Source of the DNA: Schizochytrium sp. TIO01
Lineage: Eukaryota > Protista > Bigyra: Labyrinthulomycetes
Reading direction: 5' to 3'
DNA length: 64,000 nt
NCBI GenBank assembly: GCA_004764695.1
Contig: SMSO01000032.1
Coordinates: forward strand, 7,348,483-7,412,482
The notes under the pieces are model-generated. The model had not been told where the DNA came from, did no database searches, and worked only from the letters and a program-made list of their open reading frames with translations. Of this stretch, positions 34,860 through 45,771 are shown piece after piece; position 1 is the first letter of the stretch; every line of letters begins with the position of its first letter. The translations under genes were made by a program, and so were the position numbers.

Positions 34860-35140
34860 ATGCCAAAGCGCTTCGAACAGAAGTTTGGCGCCTCAGCGAG
34901 TTCTTCGCGGAGGAAGTCGCACATTCGCACGCGACCACGCCGAGGGCACCTATGGTGGTGCTGCTGGTGGTGGTGGGTTATTATTCATTCATTCATTCAT
35001 TCATGCATTCAATATCGCAAAAAGAGAATTTCAAAATCCAAATTGACGACCTCCAGCGTGCCTACCCAGACGCCTCCGCCGTCTACGAAGACATCGGCAC
35101 AGGGGTCAAGCTCAGCAGAGCGGGCTTGCTCGCCCTACTG
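34860..35140 (+). pseudogene. tnpA: IS607-family TnpA serine recombinase remnant (MerR-like HTH + start of resolvase domain)
   Basis: MPKRFEQKFGASASSSRR..HIRTRPRRGH (HTH-like), then in another frame SQKENFKIQIDDLQRAYPDASAVYEDIGTGVKLSRAGLLALL, matching the IS607 pattern QKxDLxRQ..L...YP....DIGSG.N..R.GL..LL. The catalytic YARVS segment is replaced by simple repeats. Confidence 0.75.
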
Positions 35141-35147
35141 GGCTTCT

Positions 35148-35525
35148 GGGAACCACCGCAAGCTTGCCCTTCGGTTCTGTGAAAGCTATGGATGGTGTTA
35201 TTTCTCCTTTTGCCTAAATTTGAAAACTCCAAAAGCTAACAAGATGGATCAAAATCAGGACAGCTCGAATAGTGCGTCGTTCGTTGGCTTCCGATGGGCG
35301 CTCATTCTCGAAGCCGAGCTCTCCCCTTGCAAGTGGTGTAATCTGGATATTTGCCGAGGGATTGCACTTCAAAACCATGCAATGAACGTGGCACGACAAG
35401 CTCAGAACATCCAAGGTTTTCAAATGCTCCCCCCAAAAGGCGAACACGGAGCCGATTGTGATATTAACGCTGCCAGAAAGAAGAAATCCTTTTGCGCTAC
35501 CTACCTATCCAAGGACATGATTTGA
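35148..35525 (+). pseudogene. tnpB: Fanzor2/TnpB nuclease C-terminal remnant (frameshifted)
   Basis: Across frames: HRKLALRFCESYG, LLLPKFENSK, RWIKIRTARIV, FRWALILEAEL, DCTSKPCNERG, KLRTSKVFKC, ADCDINAARK, ILLRYL. Confidence 0.85.
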
Positions 35526-35627
35526 GGATTGATTGTCTTTGGGTCTATCCCGCGGTTGAGCCTTAGTCCCACGTCACCATAGGAAATGCAAGTTTTGCAA
35601 ATAATGTAGGCTAAACTCTAAGTGTGG
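35526..35627 (+). ncRNA. Putative omegaRNA scaffold region of Fanzor copy 2 (degenerate)
   Basis: Non-coding block 35560-35625 conserved with copy 1; contains a GCAA-GTT-TTGC hairpin, and an imperfect GGGTCTATCC/GGTTGAGCCT stem overlaps its 5' edge. Confidence 0.5.
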
Positions 35628-36106
35628 CATAGGAGGAGGAAAGAAAAAAAGAAAAGATTTATGAGAGCAGTCGAGCGAGCCTTCTTAAGTCGCTCGTATG
35701 TAGCATAGTTAGCCGCGTGGTTGAGTAGAAGAGGAACTCACTTGTTCATATTTTCGTCAAGGTAGGCACGAATTGCGATTGGTTTCTGCTCATCACGACG
35801 GGTATGAAGTGAGCCTTGCGAAACGGAGCACAGCTACGCAAGATCGGAGATAAGGATATTTTCTTCTACACTTGAAAACCACGCGTTTCCATCCACGGAT
35901 ACTTATCTAGCGTTTTCAGACATTCCGTGTACCTTCAGAACAACCTGAGAGTCTTGTGGTCTTTATGCCTCACCAGCATCACGAGTAGCGTGGAGTTGAA
36001 TTTGTTGATAGCATAAATTTCGCGTACGTGGTTTCCTCAAAAGTAGGTCGTTAGTCTCTCTTCGGGAGAGCGTTAAAAACACGACAGCGTTCTGAAGACA
36101 TCAACT

Positions 36107-36868
36107 ATGAGTTTTGTTCCAGGCACGCCGCAACGAGCCTCGCGGAATGCGAGCAATAACTTTGCATGGAGCACCCCCCCTCGAACAGCACCTTTTTCTA
36201 ATTTAGATCAAGGCAAGTGGAGTAATTCAAGTCGCTCAAGCACTAATTCAGCAAGTGAAGCCCGCGCTTCTCGACGAGCACGCTTGGCGCAGCGCTGTGT
36301 TGATCGTCTCAAACTAAACCGAAGCGAGAGGCTACGGAGATACCGCATGCAAGGGACATCAAGAGATCAAATTCGTGATCAAACTCTGCAGGTCCTTCGT
36401 GAAGAGCTATCGCAGTTCAGTGCTGAAGAGAATCCGTTCGATGAGGAGGAGCTCTTGTTACTCGAACAAGACGTCCTTAACGAAATATACGCAGAAGAGG
36501 AAAGAGTAATGCGCTCTTTCGAGGCAGAGGAGCGTGCTCGCGCACAAGAGCTTGAGCATTATGCTGAGATCGCGGAGCATGCAGAAGCTTCCTCGCAAGT
36601 CGTTGTGTGTCCCATTTGTATGCAAAATCAACTCCATCTCTCTGGTACTGTGTTCCATTGCAATTGTGGATTTCGACTTGATGCTAGAAACGAGTGCTTT
36701 TCGTTGGGTCAGTTGCAGCAGCGGCTTGCAACGATAATGGAGACGCATGCAATGCAAAATCCACCATGTACCCACCAACCTCGATTTTTCTTGAAAAAAC
36801 ATTTTGGTGGAATTGAGCTTTTGGTTATGGAATGTTCAGGGTGCTCGTGTGTGCAAATTATTCTTTAA
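36107..36868 (+). CDS. RPAIN: RPA-interacting protein (RIP/RPAIN)
   Basis: LAQRCVDRLKLNRSERLRRYR N-domain, acidic middle, C-terminal zinc domain CPIC...CNCG...H...CTHQPRF...CSGC. Confidence 0.85.
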   Translation: MSFVPGTPQRASRNASNNFAWSTPPRTAPFSNLDQGKWSNSSRSSTNSASEARASRRARLAQRCVDRLKLNRSERLRRYRMQGTSRDQIRDQTLQVLREELSQFSAEENPFDEEELLLLEQDVLNEIYAEEERVMRSFEAEERARAQELEHYAEIAEHAEASSQVVVCPICMQNQLHLSGTVFHCNCGFRLDARNECFSLGQLQQRLATIMETHAMQNPPCTHQPRFFLKKHFGGIELLVMECSGCSCVQIIL

Positions 36869-37273
36869 GACTGATTAGTCAGACAACAAAAGACAAAACG
36901 GGATTTCCGGTTAGTATTGCTATGAAATAGTGTTAGGTTTAGCTTATTACACATAGTGTTCATAGAGACTCGTCCCGACTACCTGTTTAAAGATATTGCC
37001 ATGTTCCTACACTGAGCGATAAATGTATGATAATAAAGAAGGGGTATGATTTGGGCATTCGTATGGGATTGAACAGACATTATAACTACTCAAAGCTAGA
37101 TGCATGCAGTTGTTTCCATGATGTCGTCTCGTTTCACCGTACAATCAACTTGATGATACGACGCACAGGCCAGTGCAAGTTTAGCATCTTGGCTTTTTGA
37201 ATTAGATATAAGGAAAGGCAAAGACCACGAGCAGGAAACACTCAAGAGCGATCTATGGTGTAAGTGTAGATGA

Positions 37274-38410
37274 TCACCGCCACCAGTACATGAAGAAACT
37301 AGCTAGCAGAATAACAGTGACAAATATTTTCAAAATGAAAGCACGCTCTTTGGAGAGGTTATTGTAGTACTTGAGTAGCTCATTTTGACCAGCTTCAACA
37401 TGTACACTAGCCATGTCAATCTGCTCATCAATGCGATCTACAACTTCCCCCTGCTCAGCCACAAGTGTGGCCATTCGGCCAAAGACCTGGCTCGCCTCAG
37501 TAAGCATAGCTTCGACATTACGCATTTCCATAGCACGTTGTCGCTGCATTATTGCGGTGCGATCATACTGAGCAACCTGGCGTTGACCAAAATGTGAGCC
37601 TGGTTGCAATGGCTCATCTTGACCAGAAGGTGACATCATGTGCGGGGCATACGGATTAGTGGCCTCCTGCTGCATGTAAGATGATGGTGCTGGTGGCGGT
37701 GGTGCACCTCGGCGCCGAATCCCAGCAGAGGTTAGAGGAGAGCTATTCATTGGACTCGACATACCAGCACTAGGCCCTGGCGCCTGCCCTGGCGATCCGA
37801 GACCAGGTGATCCTGGCCCATTATAATCACGCTGTTGCGGAACTCGAGCTTGTGCTGGATTGTATACAGAGGGTTGTGGTGTTGAAAGCTGTACGCGAGC
37901 AGCGCCGAATTGCCGCGTTTGCTCAGCCTGGCGTGTGCTGAGGGCTTTGGTGCGTGCCTCGAGGCAATCCTGAAATGTTTTACCTACCGTGCGAAACCGT
38001 TTCTGCAAAGTATCAAGAATGATAGCGTAGTGTTGCTTAAGCTGTCGCGTTGCACTGTCTTCTACAATTGACTTAAGGCCGTGGATTCCCTTGAGAATTC
38101 CGTCCATTTTCCTTTTTATTGCATCACTACTCTGTGCAAGCGTTACACCAGAATCTTCATACAAACTGCGCCTTTGAGAATCTCGTGTGAATGCCGAGAC
38201 CTGCAAAGCCAGAGCATCAAGCTCTTTGGCTAGAAATGCGGACCCATTCACAAAAGCTTGTCGCTGCTTCACTTGTCGTGGATCCTCCTGTCGAGACCGT
38301 TTCTTTTGCTGAGCTTCTTGCGCAAGACGCTCTTGCCTCTGAGGATCCGCCCTCAGCACGTTTTCAAAACGTTGTACCGCAGCTTGAAGCGCATTAGATC
38401 GATCCAACAT
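37274..38410 (-). CDS. STX5: Syntaxin-5 / Sed5 Golgi Qa-SNARE
   Basis: N-terminal DRS (cf. RDRT), RRSLYED, FQDCLEART, SNARE helix FGRMATLVAEQGEVVDRID...GQNELLKYY, C-terminal TM ILKIFVTVILLASFF. Confidence 0.88.
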   Translation of the reverse strand: MLDRSNALQAAVQRFENVLRADPQRQERLAQEAQQKKRSRQEDPRQVKQRQAFVNGSAFLAKELDALALQVSAFTRDSQRRSLYEDSGVTLAQSSDAIKRKMDGILKGIHGLKSIVEDSATRQLKQHYAIILDTLQKRFRTVGKTFQDCLEARTKALSTRQAEQTRQFGAARVQLSTPQPSVYNPAQARVPQQRDYNGPGSPGLGSPGQAPGPSAGMSSPMNSSPLTSAGIRRRGAPPPPAPSSYMQQEATNPYAPHMMSPSGQDEPLQPGSHFGQRQVAQYDRTAIMQRQRAMEMRNVEAMLTEASQVFGRMATLVAEQGEVVDRIDEQIDMASVHVEAGQNELLKYYNNLSKERAFILKIFVTVILLASFFMYWWR

Positions 38411-39470
38411 CTTGATTTCTTGTGCGTCTTTTTGCTTGTTGAGTGACCAAGCTTATGGTTTATAAACGCTTTGAAACGAGATGCGACTTTACCTCCAAAG
38501 AGATCGTTTTCTCCTTCTGCACTTCAGTTTATGTCCTGTTATCAAAGTTGATTACTCCTTCCCCCCGTTTCTGTGCCAGCTTTAGGTCAGCAAGCACGAT
38601 TCAGCTGCTTCTAGGGCGCAAGATCAAGCTTTGCAGCCTTTTGGCGAACTCAACCCGAGTACCTAGTTATGCTATGCTATAAAGGAGCAAAAAATCACCA
38701 CGTGGAAGAGGAATTTTTAACCTAGTTGAAACCTATAGGAGTACAGTAGCATAATGCTTAGGAGTCATTTTGCGCTTTTCAAGATAGTATCGATCCCAAA
38801 TCGATAAATTTTCACACTTAGAAGCTTGACTTATTCAGTTGAGCTAATTCTTTCTTGATTTTCTCTACCGTGGTGTTGCAGTCAAAGACCCATGAGAGAC
38901 CTAATTCGTTTAGAAGAGTATAAACCCAAGATGAAAATTGAAGACCTACTTCTTATACATGAATTGCTTCTCTTCAGCACCTGAAGTAGATAGTCACAAT
39001 TCCAAGATTAATAGTACCAGTACAGTCAAAACGCCATGAAAGTCTAATCTATTTTCCATGCACCCAGCGACCAAATGCTCAATACAACAGTTTTGCATGT
39101 GCTGATTTATAAGTATAGTTCTACTAAAGCTGCGCATTCATATTTCCAAAGCCATCACAAAATAAGTCTTCCGCCAAAGTCTACTTTCCCCACTGATGAC
39201 TCTCCAGGGCCCATCCAAGCAGTCTTCTCTGCCGAATGACACCTCCGAAATGCCAACGCAGTGTTCATGAAGCCACTATCACTGTTCCGTTCTGTTTCAC
39301 AGTGTGTATCTACATGTAATCAACCCCTTGGTGAGGAATTATGGTCATCATTGGTTTCTACGCCCTTGTTTTGATGTACTACTTGAGCGATTGAATCGAT
39401 TGAATTCTCAAACTCTCAATCGAACGGAGAGCGAGACCTGTGGTCGGGTGCGCAGGCTCTGTGAGGAATC

Positions 39471-40352
39471 ATGTCTGGAGACGGAAATCTAGATGCGGGC
39501 GTGAAGCTCGTACAGGAATATGAGCGGTCTGGCTGGGGCTCCGCTCCGCAATGGCACGTCGAGGAGAACCTCAAGTACGCTGTGTCTGCGGAGCCTGATG
39601 CCGGAGGCCTCCTCGGCGCCAAAGCTGCAAGACGTTGCGCTAACCACGTCTGCCCAAGGCTTCACACGGTCACCTCTGAGGCACCTGCTATGAGTAATCC
39701 CGCGAGCACCTCTGGCGCCGACAATAAGCCAACGCCAAGTGGAAATGCAGATGCGAATGCAGCACCAAAACAGATGCGTTGCGGTCGCTGCAGCACACAT
39801 TACTGTTCACGAGAGTGTCAGGTCCAGAGTTGGAAGGTTAGTCACAAGCGCGAATGTGAGGTAATATCCGCAGCAAACAAAGGCACTCTCAGCACAGAAC
39901 AGACACATGTGATTGTTGAGGACATGCTCCGCCGTATTCGCATGTACATGTGTCCTTACGCAGCAGGATTTTCATTGTTGCATGGCAAGGGATTTGTGAT
40001 GATACGCTCGAACTCGACCTTGCGCCAGTGGGTTCATGAATTCCCCAAGGACTGCGAAGGTAACATATTGCGCCGTAGTGTGCAGCTCCAGTATTTAACA
40101 CTTGGCGAGTTCGATGGTTTGGCATTTGAGGATGACTTTGAGTTAGCTGTGGTACGCCCGAAATTAGAGGAAGCTCTGGAGGCTTATGATATGCAAAAGC
40201 AAGTCGTAGTTGTCGTCCTCTTGCGCTGCGGCTTCCTTGCATGCATAACCATCCCGATGGTACCGGACTATTCTATTAGCAAACAACTTGCTGCGATGTA
40301 TCAATATGTGGAGATGGAAGGCCCTTTGCAATTGAACGTTGATGATTCTTGA
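39471..40352 (+). CDS. MYND-type zinc-finger protein
   Basis: CANHVC...(insert)...RCGRCSTHYCSRECQVQSWKVSHKREC is a MYND finger; C-terminal domain not recognised. Confidence 0.8.
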   Translation: MSGDGNLDAGVKLVQEYERSGWGSAPQWHVEENLKYAVSAEPDAGGLLGAKAARRCANHVCPRLHTVTSEAPAMSNPASTSGADNKPTPSGNADANAAPKQMRCGRCSTHYCSRECQVQSWKVSHKRECEVISAANKGTLSTEQTHVIVEDMLRRIRMYMCPYAAGFSLLHGKGFVMIRSNSTLRQWVHEFPKDCEGNILRRSVQLQYLTLGEFDGLAFEDDFELAVVRPKLEEALEAYDMQKQVVVVVLLRCGFLACITIPMVPDYSISKQLAAMYQYVEMEGPLQLNVDDS

Positions 40353-41242
40353 GTAAGGAGTAGGGTAGTTAACTACTCCATGCTCATACCACACCGTCTT
40401 GCAACTGAGACGATCTTTATTAACCTACCAAATAATTTTGAATCCAAATTTATATAACACTGTCTTGCATTGCCGGGATTTGGAGAGTATGTCCCTTGTT
40501 TGATAATATGTATGTCTTCTCTCCGGTTCCTTGTAATTTTTTGGATGAGGGAGATCCTTGGAAGATGAACTGAAGTTGAATAGATGTTTCAGAATATTAT
40601 CGAAGATGAGACGTTGGGTAAAGCTTTCTTTGGCAAATTCAAAATGTATGTAATAGTTGATTGTTGATAGTTGTTGAATATCGGATGTTGTGAAAAAAAT
40701 TATCGGGTACTTTCAAGTTGTGCAAGGCACAAGAGCAAGCTGAGGCAGTAGTCACTCACTAGCTGCCTGTCTTGCCTTGTATATGGATGCAATTTCTTTG
40801 TTCTTGTCTTGGTTTTCTTTCGTAATCATATTGTTGAGTGTTGTCTCAATGTACTTGCAGACAGAACGAAAGAAGATACGAAAAAAAAAAAGAAGAGAGG
40901 AAGTGGGGCATAATGGCAGAGGGGAGTTTAGATATATTCATCTATGGGGGAAGAGGGAGAGAGAGAGAGATGAATGTGCGAGAAGTATGTCGTCCAGCGT
41001 ACCAAACCCACAGCGAGCGTCGGTATTCACTCCCATCACCCTTTTGTTGTTGCAGAACTCATATCATGGAGACGCTGCTGAAAAGCGAAACAAAGAGACT
41101 ACACTATCAGGCAAAGTAAAAGTAGAACAAGGATTCCTCTACGTTCCGGAAAATGAATTACTGAGTTCGCGTTGGAGTCCGGTTGCGCTTTTCGAAACTC
41201 ATCCCCTTGGGCTCAAGCTTTCAATGCGAGAGTTTATTTTCT

Positions 41243-42040
41243 TTAAGCAGACTTTCCGCCTGTTTTGACAAACTCAGCAAATTCATCGATGAGGACTGGC
41301 CACGCCTCGTTTTCGTCATATCCATTGAGGTCTTTGTCTGTAGTTTTCGCAAACTGAAGTAGCAGCTGCCATTCGTCCTTGGAAATTGCATGTTTCCTGT
41401 GCTTCTCAATGTAGTCATTCCACTCTTTAAGGAGTTCAAATCTGCCTGGGAGTAGAAGATTCCATAGCGCCACAGCTGTTTCGGTCTGCATCGATTTCTG
41501 TCCTGGCGGACACGCCCAAGAGAACGCAAAGGCATAGATCTCCTTGAAGCTATCCTCGTCCTCCAGTTCAGCCCTGAGCTCTGGAATCTTGGCCTTAAGA
41601 GCATCAATGGACTCTGCACCGATTGATTCCATGCCTCGCAAGAACTCCTCTTTCGTGTAGATGAGCATATTCGCAGCTGCAAAGTGTTTCGAAATCACCA
41701 CCAACAAAACATCTTCTGGGCCCACGCCAAGATCGCTGCAGAAGTCCACGATGCCATCTACCTGCATAGAGTCTGGCTGGTCTGCCTCAGCGTACTTTTC
41801 AAACCACGCAGAGACAACAGCAGCGTCCACTTTAGGAACGGAGCTCTGTGTTTGCGAGGCCTCGCGCCCTTGACCGTGAGATCCTACGCTTCCAGAGAGC
41901 ACGAGATACCCTGCGACCTCGATGTCCCAGTTTGCGGCCTCCAGAGCGTCCACGGCCGTCTGACGGTCAGCGACGCAAAATGTCTGAAGCTGGGCCACCA
42001 GGCGCTTCTTCTTCGCTGGCAGTGCGGAGTATGATGCCAT
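41243..42040 (-). CDS. DCN1: DCN1-like cullin neddylation factor (UBA-like + PONY domain)
   Basis: ALEAANWDIEVA (UBA-like), GIVDFCSDLGVGPED, FKEIYAFAF, GQKSM, AISKDEW, YDENEAWPVLIDEF. Confidence 0.95.
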   Translation of the reverse strand: MASYSALPAKKKRLVAQLQTFCVADRQTAVDALEAANWDIEVAGYLVLSGSVGSHGQGREASQTQSSVPKVDAAVVSAWFEKYAEADQPDSMQVDGIVDFCSDLGVGPEDVLLVVISKHFAAANMLIYTKEEFLRGMESIGAESIDALKAKIPELRAELEDEDSFKEIYAFAFSWACPPGQKSMQTETAVALWNLLLPGRFELLKEWNDYIEKHRKHAISKDEWQLLLQFAKTTDKDLNGYDENEAWPVLIDEFAEFVKTGGKSA

Positions 42041-43260
42041 CGCGGCGATGTCTTATTTGCGACGAAGATGAAGATGAAGATGAAGCAAAATCAAGACGAA
42101 GAGGACGGGCGGGCAGGAGTGAAAAAGGAAGAGGAGCTGGCGCAGGACGGAGAGAGAGAGAGAGAGAGAGAACAAGAGGGCCAGGCAGCCAGGTGCACCC
42201 GGTGTCCGGTCGAAAGGTGCGATGTGTGGATTTAGATTTGGAGCTGAACTGGAATTGGCGCCTTGCTCGTCATTGTCAACGATGATGATGGTTGTTATTA
42301 CTTAGGCCTATATCGCTAGTACCAGTTTTATTTTCGACACGGCGTGATTATACTCTAAGAATAAAATGAGGTTTCGCTTTGCTTTGGCGGGCTAGCGTGA
42401 GTTGGGGCTGCATTATATGATTGTTGTACCACATGGTTGTCTTGAGGAGCCTTGCGCGGCTGACTGCTTTGGAGATTTTGATGATGAGATAAGCGATAGC
42501 TTTTGAGGTAGAAACGAAATTGTGAGAGATCACTTCAGGTTTTTACATTAGATTAGACAAATAGAAACAAACAGATCGGAGGCCTTCTTCATCTGGAGGC
42601 AAGAAAGCTTGTCATTACAAATTGGCAAAGGTGCCAAAAGCTGCTCCAATGGCCACGCATTTCCGAGCCCTCCTGTTGTTTTAGTGTTCAAGATCTGGAA
42701 TTTGCCTTCGTGTCTTCCAATGGCATTTGCCCCAGGCGAGTGGGTTACTTATTCTTCGTGACCTTCCTTTACACATCCTCAAACCCTTCGTGCTCCCACC
42801 ATTCCCAATTCCAATCCAATTCAAGTCTAGGTCGAGCATTCTGAGCGAGTTAGTTCCCCAGATCCTTTTCTTCTTTCGTCTCCTCAGCTTTGCACACTCT
42901 GTTTGCTGTTTCTTCTCAGCCAGTTCCTCATCACTCGCTCGCTCCCAAACGACCGACCTAGAGCTGCAAAACATCCCTCGCACTCCCACTTGCTACTGGC
43001 CCATTTTCCCAGGACCTCGTGTCGCGGTCTTGGTCTTCATCCTCTTCTTCCTCACCCAGCTCGTCCACTCCAAGCTTTGCTCCAAGCTAAACTTCGTAAT
43101 CTCGCGACTCCTTAAGAACTGACAATCTTCTTTTGCGCAAGATCAAACCAACAAAAAGGAAAAGAATGTACATCGTTATAAATTCGTATTTTGTACATAG
43201 TCATATAAATTCATATTTTAAAGAGAGAGAGAGTAAATAATGTATGTATGTACGTCATAG

Positions 43261-43298
<38 letters not shown>

Positions 43299-43329
43299 GA
43301 GATCAATCATGAGATCAATCATGAGATCA
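43261..43329. repeat. (ATCA)n microsatellite grading into 3 x ATCAATCATGAG
   Basis: Read directly. Confidence 0.9.
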
Positions 43330-43576
43330 TAATTTGCCTTTTCCCAGCTCCTCTTAACCTAAACAGTAGCACCTCTTACCCCTCGTATCCGCTGTCAATT
43401 TCTATGTCAATTTCTAAGAGCAAGGTCCTATTTGGTCAGTAAGGACTCCTGTGCAGTAAGTATCAACTAGCGCATTTAATTTCCACTTTTAGTTTGTACT
43501 CTTTTTGATGAAAATAAAATTTTCTTTTCCCATCTTTAATTAGTTCTCTGAAAGGGTCAGAAAGGTACGTAAGTAC

Positions 43577-44536
43577 GTGAGAGCGAAAACTCAATCGCAA
43601 GCAGAGCCCGAATCCTCGCTGTCGTGCGGGCCTCTTGTGGACTGGCGTCGGGACTTTGGTAGAGGGATGCTCTGGGCTGCAGCAGGACTCGTGTGGTCGT
43701 CGCTGTCCTGGCTGCTGGGTTGGTTCTGGTGGCTCACGGTCAAGCCAAGCCTCTATGTCTTGGGCGCAGGGGCCGCTTGGCACCTCGCACAGCGCTGGTT
43801 TTACAGGTTGCTCGCGAGACAGCTGGCGGGACCTTCAGGGTGGTTTGGCAAGAACGTCGCGCCCACATTACTCAGAGACCTCAACAGCGCGTGCGTGCGA
43901 TGGGCCCTGCCGAGAATCCCAATCGCGGACGAAAAATCCTGTAAATCCGTGCTTGATGTTGGATGCGGAGGCTCGCTTGCGTTTGAGCCGTTCTGGGAGC
44001 GCTTTAAAGACCCAAGCACGTGTGTCTTGGAAGGAATTGACTCCAGCTCAGAGGCCATTGAACATTGCTCCGAAGTTGTGGCAGGTCGTCCGAGAGTAAA
44101 TCTGACCCTGGGTTCTGTGTTACAGCTTCCCTGGGATGCGAATCATTTCGATATGGTCTGTGCGTTCAACATTCTCGACATTCTGGCCGCAGACCAGGAA
44201 AAGAGAGCGCTCGATGAAATGATCCGCTGTCTACGGCCGGGTGGTACGTTGGCGGTCACTACAAAGGAACCCTCTTCGTATCTACGTGCCCCCGAAACCC
44301 AGGCTGGAATTCAGCAGCGCATTTGTCGCATTATTACAACCCCAAACATCAAAATAGCACTTCTCCGTGCGGGCTTAGAAGATGTCAAGCAAGAGTTTCA
44401 GACTCAGGAGGAGTGCAATGCACTCACCGACGAGGGTCAACCTGTGCAGATTCCAAGTATCTTAACAACTGGTCGGAAACCACGAAACTTATCTGATCCG
44501 CTCCCATCTTCTACGATTCCGCCGTCATCTCAATGA
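43577..44536 (+). CDS. Class I SAM-dependent methyltransferase (Methyltransf_11-like) with Trp-rich N-terminal membrane anchor; start uncertain (GTG 43577 or ATG ~43667)
   Basis: VLDVGCGG (motif I), GIDSS, LPWDANHFDMV, ALDEMIRCLRPGG; also QLAGPSGWFG. Confidence 0.85.
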   Translation: MRAKTQSQAEPESSLSCGPLVDWRRDFGRGMLWAAAGLVWSSLSWLLGWFWWLTVKPSLYVLGAGAAWHLAQRWFYRLLARQLAGPSGWFGKNVAPTLLRDLNSACVRWALPRIPIADEKSCKSVLDVGCGGSLAFEPFWERFKDPSTCVLEGIDSSSEAIEHCSEVVAGRPRVNLTLGSVLQLPWDANHFDMVCAFNILDILAADQEKRALDEMIRCLRPGGTLAVTTKEPSSYLRAPETQAGIQQRICRIITTPNIKIALLRAGLEDVKQEFQTQEECNALTDEGQPVQIPSILTTGRKPRNLSDPLPSSTIPPSSQ

Positions 44537-45771
44537 ATGGTCACATAGACTACTGCAGTATTTACTGATAGAAGTACCCTTCCCTATAATATATGTGTGT
44601 GTCATTGAGCATCTCAATTAGTGTGTTGGGGCTGCATTGACCAGTTAAATTTGTTGGGAAAATGGAAGTATTCAAGAACTGTTAGGGTGAGGAAGCAGAA
44701 TAAATTTGAAAAATGGATGTACTCAATAACAGCATTTGTGGAGACTTTTATAGAAGACCCTCCTGCTAGTTCTATTACCCCCACGAACAACTCTCTGTTT
44801 CGTTTTCCCTTGAACTTACAAAGATAATCAACTAATCGCAATTATGTATTTGTTTTATACTTCGCCTCATCGATCGTCGGTTTGCGAATCTTCCTATCGG
44901 TATCGTGAAACACATAAACTGAATGATGGGAGGTAACAAAGTGCCAAATTTTGACAAAGGCGTCTAGTACATTATATCCCGGATGAATGTGCATACAGTC
45001 ACTGCATCATCATGCGCTTTTTTCATTGATGCAATAATCTTTGGCTAGCGAACATATTATGGGATCAGAAATGTGGGTTAATCCCATCATAGTCCCTCGA
45101 ATTAAGTCTAGTGTATGTTTGGTGAAAGCTGAGACCAGAGTGAGGTTGACAGGAAGGCAGAGGCCAAGGTGCTTGAGATGCTTGGAGAAAGCTTGAGAAG
45201 GCAGTGTAAACTTAGCTTAGCTTCTAGAACCGAAGATATCCTGACCGTTGATATGAATTTTTAGGTGGACTGATTATATCACATTGGTAGATTGTGACTG
45301 ACTTGGTCTGTGTCGAAAAAGGTTAGGTTATTTCGTTTGCTCAACTATGATCTCAAGTTCTTTTCTTTATAAATTTTCCTGACTGTATGCACTTTCAAGT
45401 CTCGAGTCCCCTGACCTTGCATTTAACTGTCCGACTGTCTATTTCATTGCCAAACGAACTCAAAACTCATTAGGACTTACAGTAGCGTTTCAAGGGCTAT
45501 GTTGAGATCATCAGATGCGTGGTGATTTTGAAAAGACGATACCGATATGTTCAAAGCCCATAAAAATCACACGCGTGAGCTATTTTATACCTATCACATT
45601 ACATCTAGCTATGTAGATTATTTTAAACGCTACTAAGATCCTGGATCATAGCGAATGTTCAGGACATCTGCAGAGGGGGGATATTAAACAGAAATGCTTA
45701 GTTTGAGCAAAGATGAGTTTAAAAACAGAAATAAAATCATTTCATTATTGTTCAATTGCGTCAACGTTTAT

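Larger units (their letters stand above)
34796..35627 (+). mobile_element. Internally deleted IS607-type/Fanzor2 element, copy 2 (TnpA remnant + Fanzor remnant + 3' end); boundaries approximate
   Basis: Carries both the TnpA and TnpB-like fragments listed below; 3' block homologous to 12117-12182. Left boundary inferred only. Confidence 0.8.

Noticed and set aside
42296-42310. TTACTTAGGCC, matching the proposed left junction of the IS607-like element
   Set aside because: Only 11 nt match and no TnpA/Fanzor or 3'-block sequence follows; could be chance.
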